A program made the position numbers and the translations under genes. The notes below the pieces were generated by a model. That model was not told where the DNA came from, searched no databases, and saw only the letters and a program-made list of their open reading frames with translations. Shown here one piece after another: positions 60,665 to 64,000 of a DNA stretch of 64,000 bases. The DNA is from a virus. The stretch's first letter is position 1. Every line of letters begins with the position of its first letter. Location of the stretch: IMG/VR virus record IMGVR_UViG_3300023179_006727, positions 1 through 64,000 of that record. One strand, 5' to 3'.

Positions 60665-60987
60665 GCGTTAAGCAACAACCAATTATTATAACTTTTTATT
60701 ATTTTGAGCGTCGCTGATTAAAGGCATTTGATAGAACCCCCCTAATACAAATGATGTGCTGAAAATCCCCCCACCTATTAATGGCTTTATTACCCCCCAT
60801 GGTTTTCAACACATTGAGTTTAAAAAATAAAAAAAGAAAAAAAGATTTTTGTTTTTTCGAATTTATGAGAAAAAACAAAAATAGATGACTGCAGGTCGAT
60901 AGACCAAAGTCATCTTTAAAGAAAAGCAAGGATGATATTAAGGCATTATCAACAAAAAATTCAATGTAAGTTTCAAATAAAAAATTT

Positions 60988-61200
60988 TTAAAAGAAAGGT
61001 AAACCACTTTTTTTTGTGGTTTCTAAATTATCATCTATAAGTTGGTTAATTAGTTGTGTTTCTGTGGGTGATAAATTCATTGCATCAGTATACGATAGTG
61101 ATCCACGCATATACCAAGACAAACGCAATGCATTAGATTTAATATTTTTTACTTCTTCGTCAAGTGATTTTACTAGCTTCTCTATGTCATCTTGTGACAA
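60988..61200 (-). CDS. Small tail/baseplate assembly protein (gp51-like position); probably the -1 frameshift extension of 61212..62036
   Basis: LSWYMRGSLSY..AMNLSPTE motif; weak TTG start without SD; the frame is open back to the slippery T TTT TTC at 61224-61218. Confidence 0.75.
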   Translation of the reverse strand: MSQDDIEKLVKSLDEEVKNIKSNALRLSWYMRGSLSYTDAMNLSPTETQLINQLIDDNLETTKKSGLPFF

Positions 61201-61211
61201 ATAGAGAAGCT

Positions 61212-62036
61212 TTAGTCGAAAAAATCGGTAACATTAAATGCAACGGTTTGTTTATATTCGTGTTTACAATTAATACATTTAAATTGAAGTGGTTTACTTG
61301 AACTACTATCTCGTAATTCAATACTTTTATCACGAATTTTATCATACATTTTTTTATCACAATTTTGTAAAAAATCTAGAATAAAATTTTGATCAGTTAC
61401 CGTTGTTTCAGGAGTTTTTATATATTGAATACTTTTACCAAGAATTTTTTGACTTAATTCATTCATTTTAGCTAATAATTCACTTGCTGCTTTATTTTTA
61501 GCTTCACCATTTTCAAATGAATCAAGTTGTGCTAAACCACGTTGAATTTCAAATTGTTCAGTATTATTTGCGTTGTTTTGTTGATATGTTACTTCATTGA
61601 ATTTAACTGAAAGATCACCTAGCATAAGTTCTTTATTATAATCTCCAACACTAATACCACTTAATAATTGTGAAAGATTTACTCCAAATCTCATTGTTTC
61701 ACTACAACTAGGGCAGCTAGTATCAACATCCATTTCGTCACCTGTAGTAGCAATTTTTATAGCAATAAGTATAGTTTCAATATCACTATTAATAATTTTC
61801 CATGGATTTTTAATGGATGGGACACAACTTTTAATAATTGATACTACTGCTGATCCATTAAAAAGTGCATCAGGAGTACGTGAAGTAATTTCATCATTAG
61901 CTGTCATTGGATATACAGGTAATTCTCCTGTAGGAGGAAATTCTATAATATCAGGCGTGTAATTAAACTTACTTGGTAATCTAATATGTATCGCAGGTCT
62001 GCGAAAATACTGCTTAAGTGGGTTATTTTCCATCAT
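61212..62036 (-). CDS. Baseplate hub/tail assembly chaperone, gp26-like
   Basis: NPLKQYFRRP, VYPMTANDE, DIETILIAIKIAT, CPSC and CINC Zn motifs, ends DFFD; GGAG SD. Confidence 0.8.
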   Translation of the reverse strand: MMENNPLKQYFRRPAIHIRLPSKFNYTPDIIEFPPTGELPVYPMTANDEITSRTPDALFNGSAVVSIIKSCVPSIKNPWKIINSDIETILIAIKIATTGDEMDVDTSCPSCSETMRFGVNLSQLLSGISVGDYNKELMLGDLSVKFNEVTYQQNNANNTEQFEIQRGLAQLDSFENGEAKNKAASELLAKMNELSQKILGKSIQYIKTPETTVTDQNFILDFLQNCDKKMYDKIRDKSIELRDSSSSKPLQFKCINCKHEYKQTVAFNVTDFFD

Positions 62037-62064
62037 TTGGTTAAAATCTCCATATATATTGTTG

Positions 62065-62078
62065 GATAAATATATTTA
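62065..62078. promoter_or_regulatory. Palindromic divergent late promoter
   Basis: TAAATATATTTA (62067-62078) supplies TAAATA on both strands between the gp26-like and tape-measure genes. Confidence 0.6.
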
Positions 62079-62103
62079 ATCTTAAAAAAATATGATATAA
62101 AAA

Positions 62104-64000
62104 ATGGCAGATCAACTTGATCCTGATATAATACAACAGTTAAATGAGAAATTTAACGAATTAGCTGCTATTACCTCGTCTGCTGCAGCACGAGCTAGTG
62201 CAAGTGCTTCTGCTACTCAAAATCAAACTGCAGCAGCAAAAAAAAATACTGATGCAAGTAATGATAATTTTGAAGCTATAAGACGTGCAAATCAAGCAAT
62301 ACGACAACAATCAGGTGCAGTAGATTCTAGTCGTGCTACTATTAATAGATTAAATGCTAGTATTCAAGATCAGTACAAAGCTTACGAGGCCAATCAAAAA
62401 GCTATAGAAGAAATTGAAAAGGCTACTAATAAAGCAGCACAACAGGAGCGTAATAAAGCAATTCATCTTGAGCGTGCAGTAGAATCCACAATTGCTGCAT
62501 TTGAACAATTAGGCAAAGCTATATTTGATTCTAGTAGGGGAATGTCAAAATATACAGGTGTAGTTGAAAACCTTACAACTGCAGTAAGTGCGTTGTTATT
62601 AATTTTTGGCGGTCCGTTACTCAAAGTGGTAGGTTTAGTTGTTGGAGCATTAGGTAAATTATTTGGTGCGCAATTAGAGCAAATTGAAGCAAGTAATAAA
62701 TTATATGAATCGTTAAGTGAATTTGGTGCATTAAGATTAGATGAGTTTGGTAATGGTATACAGTCTATCACACAAGATGTACATAAATTTGGATTAACAG
62801 TAAAGAATGATGGTGGATTATTTGTAGATAGTATGAAAGGTATGTCCAAGGAGATTGTTGCGCTTGGAGGTACAGTAGGTCAAGGTCGTGGACAATTAGC
62901 GGATGCTTTTGGTGCAAATATTGGTGCACCTATTGAAGATGAATTACGCAGACTTGGTTATAATAGTCAAACATATTTTAAATCATGGGCAAAAGCTACG
63001 CAATTAGCTATACAATCAGGTCAAGCTGTTGGTAAAAGTAATTCGGAGTTAAACAAACAAACCAATCAATATTTAAAAACGTTAACTGAACTAAGTGAAT
63101 TAACAGGTATTTCACGTGATGAGCAAATGGCTATACGTGAAAGAGCAATGCAAGATGAAGCTTATTTCATGAAACGCCGTGAAATTGCTGCTAGTGGGGA
63201 TGACAAAGCTTTAGAACGTTTTGATAAATTAACTACGGTAACAAATCAGTTTGGTGATGGAATTGGGCAGGTAATTAAAGAAGTAACGAATGCAGGTGGA
63301 GTAGTTACTGAAAGAGCAGCAGAAATTAATGCATTTACAAATGGAGCAATTGAACGTGCCACACAAGCATATAATCGTGGTGCGATTGATGAACAACAGT
63401 TACGTAAAGAAATTGCAGAGGCAGTTAATTCATTAAGAGAAAGATTTGGTTCAAAAGCTATAGCGATTTTGGGTAATGATTTTGCAAAAGCGATAGGCTT
63501 ATCAAGTGAAGCAATGAAGGCATCTGCGACTATAGAAAAACAATCTGCGGATGCAGCAAAAACAGCAAGAAATGTCATAGATAAAATTGCTGCAGAAGGT
63601 GCAGGAAAAGAACGTCAAATTGCAATTGATGAAAACAAAATGGCTATAAAAAATCAACAAGCCTTAGAAAAAGTCATTCAAGTGACAAATGGACCGCTTA
63701 TTGGGGCTTTTGAAAAATTAATTCAAGTCACTAATAAGTTGCGTGATGCTTTTGTAAAAATATTACGTATGGTTGGTATTGATGCTGAAGCGGGTACATC
63801 AGCGGAATCAAAAAGACGTGTACAAGCTGCTGAAAGTTCATTAGAAGAGACCAAAAAAAGTTTAGAATTTCAAAAACAGCAAGCTCAAAAAACTGCGATG
63901 AGAGCAGCAGGTATTAAAGAAGGTGAGACAGGAACAGAGGAGCAACGTAAAAAGTATCAAGAAATATACAATAAAGAATTAGAACGTACTACAAAATTTG
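62104..64000 (+). CDS. Probable tape-measure protein, runs off the window; absent from the ORF track
   Basis: MADQLDPDIIQQLNEKF...; open to the window end (>630 aa); Ala/Gln/Glu-rich helical composition with one hydrophobic segment (SALLLIFGGPLLKVVGLVVGALGKLFG); adjacent to the chaperone pair. Confidence 0.8.
   Translation, partial: MADQLDPDIIQQLNEKFNELAAITSSAAARASASASATQNQTAAAKKNTDASNDNFEAIRRANQAIRQQSGAVDSSRATINRLNASIQDQYKAYEANQKAIEEIEKATNKAAQQERNKAIHLERAVESTIAAFEQLGKAIFDSSRGMSKYTGVVENLTTAVSALLLIFGGPLLKVVGLVVGALGKLFGAQLEQIEASNKLYESLSEFGALRLDEFGNGIQSITQDVHKFGLTVKNDGGLFVDSMKGMSKEIVALGGTVGQGRGQLADAFGANIGAPIEDELRRLGYNSQTYFKSWAKATQLAIQSGQAVGKSNSELNKQTNQYLKTLTELSELTGISRDEQMAIRERAMQDEAYFMKRREIAASGDDKALERFDKLTTVTNQFGDGIGQVIKEVTNAGGVVTERAAEINAFTNGAIERATQAYNRGAIDEQQLRKEIAEAVNSLRERFGSKAIAILGNDFAKAIGLSSEAMKASATIEKQSADAAKTARNVIDKIAAEGAGKERQIAIDENKMAIKNQQALEKVIQVTNGPLIGAFEKLIQVTNKLRDAFVKILRMVGIDAEAGTSAESKRRVQAAESSLEETKKSLEFQKQQAQKTAMRAAGIKEGETGTEEQRKKYQEIYNKELERTTKF

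Noticed and set aside
60699-61007. 102-aa minus-strand ORF, or a second frameshift extension of 60988..61200
   Set aside because: Low-complexity Phe/Lys/Leu translation of A/T runs, no RBS, and it lies in the +1 rather than the -1 frame.
655-63578. Short ORFs antisense to or nested in long genes (e.g. 655..852, 7507..7827, 18234..18554, 46370..47107, 62463..62849, 63246..63578)
   Set aside because: Shadow frames of well-supported genes, with no RBS or recognisable motifs.
1-64000. Alternative genetic code (stop-codon reassignment)
   Set aside because: Genes tile densely and are uninterrupted in code 11, and TAA, TGA and TAG all occur as stops.

Overview
AT-rich (roughly 30% GC by eye) segment of a large T4-like myovirus (jumbo-phage type) genome in the standard genetic code. 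From left to right: (1) a truncated Trp/Pro/Tyr-rich repeat protein; (2) seven radical SAM enzymes, a sulfotransferase-like gene and three glycosyltransferase-like genes; (3) a tandemly duplicated, hypervariable tail-tip cassette and three tail-fibre genes; (4) a minus-strand baseplate module (a 6306-aa wedge-like protein and gp6-, gp25-, gp5-, gp27-, gp53- and gp48/54-like genes); (5) a plus-strand block with an intein-containing gp55 late sigma factor, gp47, gp46 and a Holliday junction resolvase; (6) about 0.8 kb of non-coding DNA with a densely folding RNA candidate; (7) a gp26-like gene pair joined by a -1 slippery site, and the start of the tape-measure gene. The most unusual signal is not a gene. 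CCAG/CTGG and CCGG are nearly absent except where Pro-Gly forces CCWGG. Almost every surviving CCWGG sits in a ~30-nt halo where synonymous positions are C on whichever strand reads CCAGG, which suggests a site-targeted, strand-specific mutagenic, repair or defence process. All counts were made by eye and no database searches were run.
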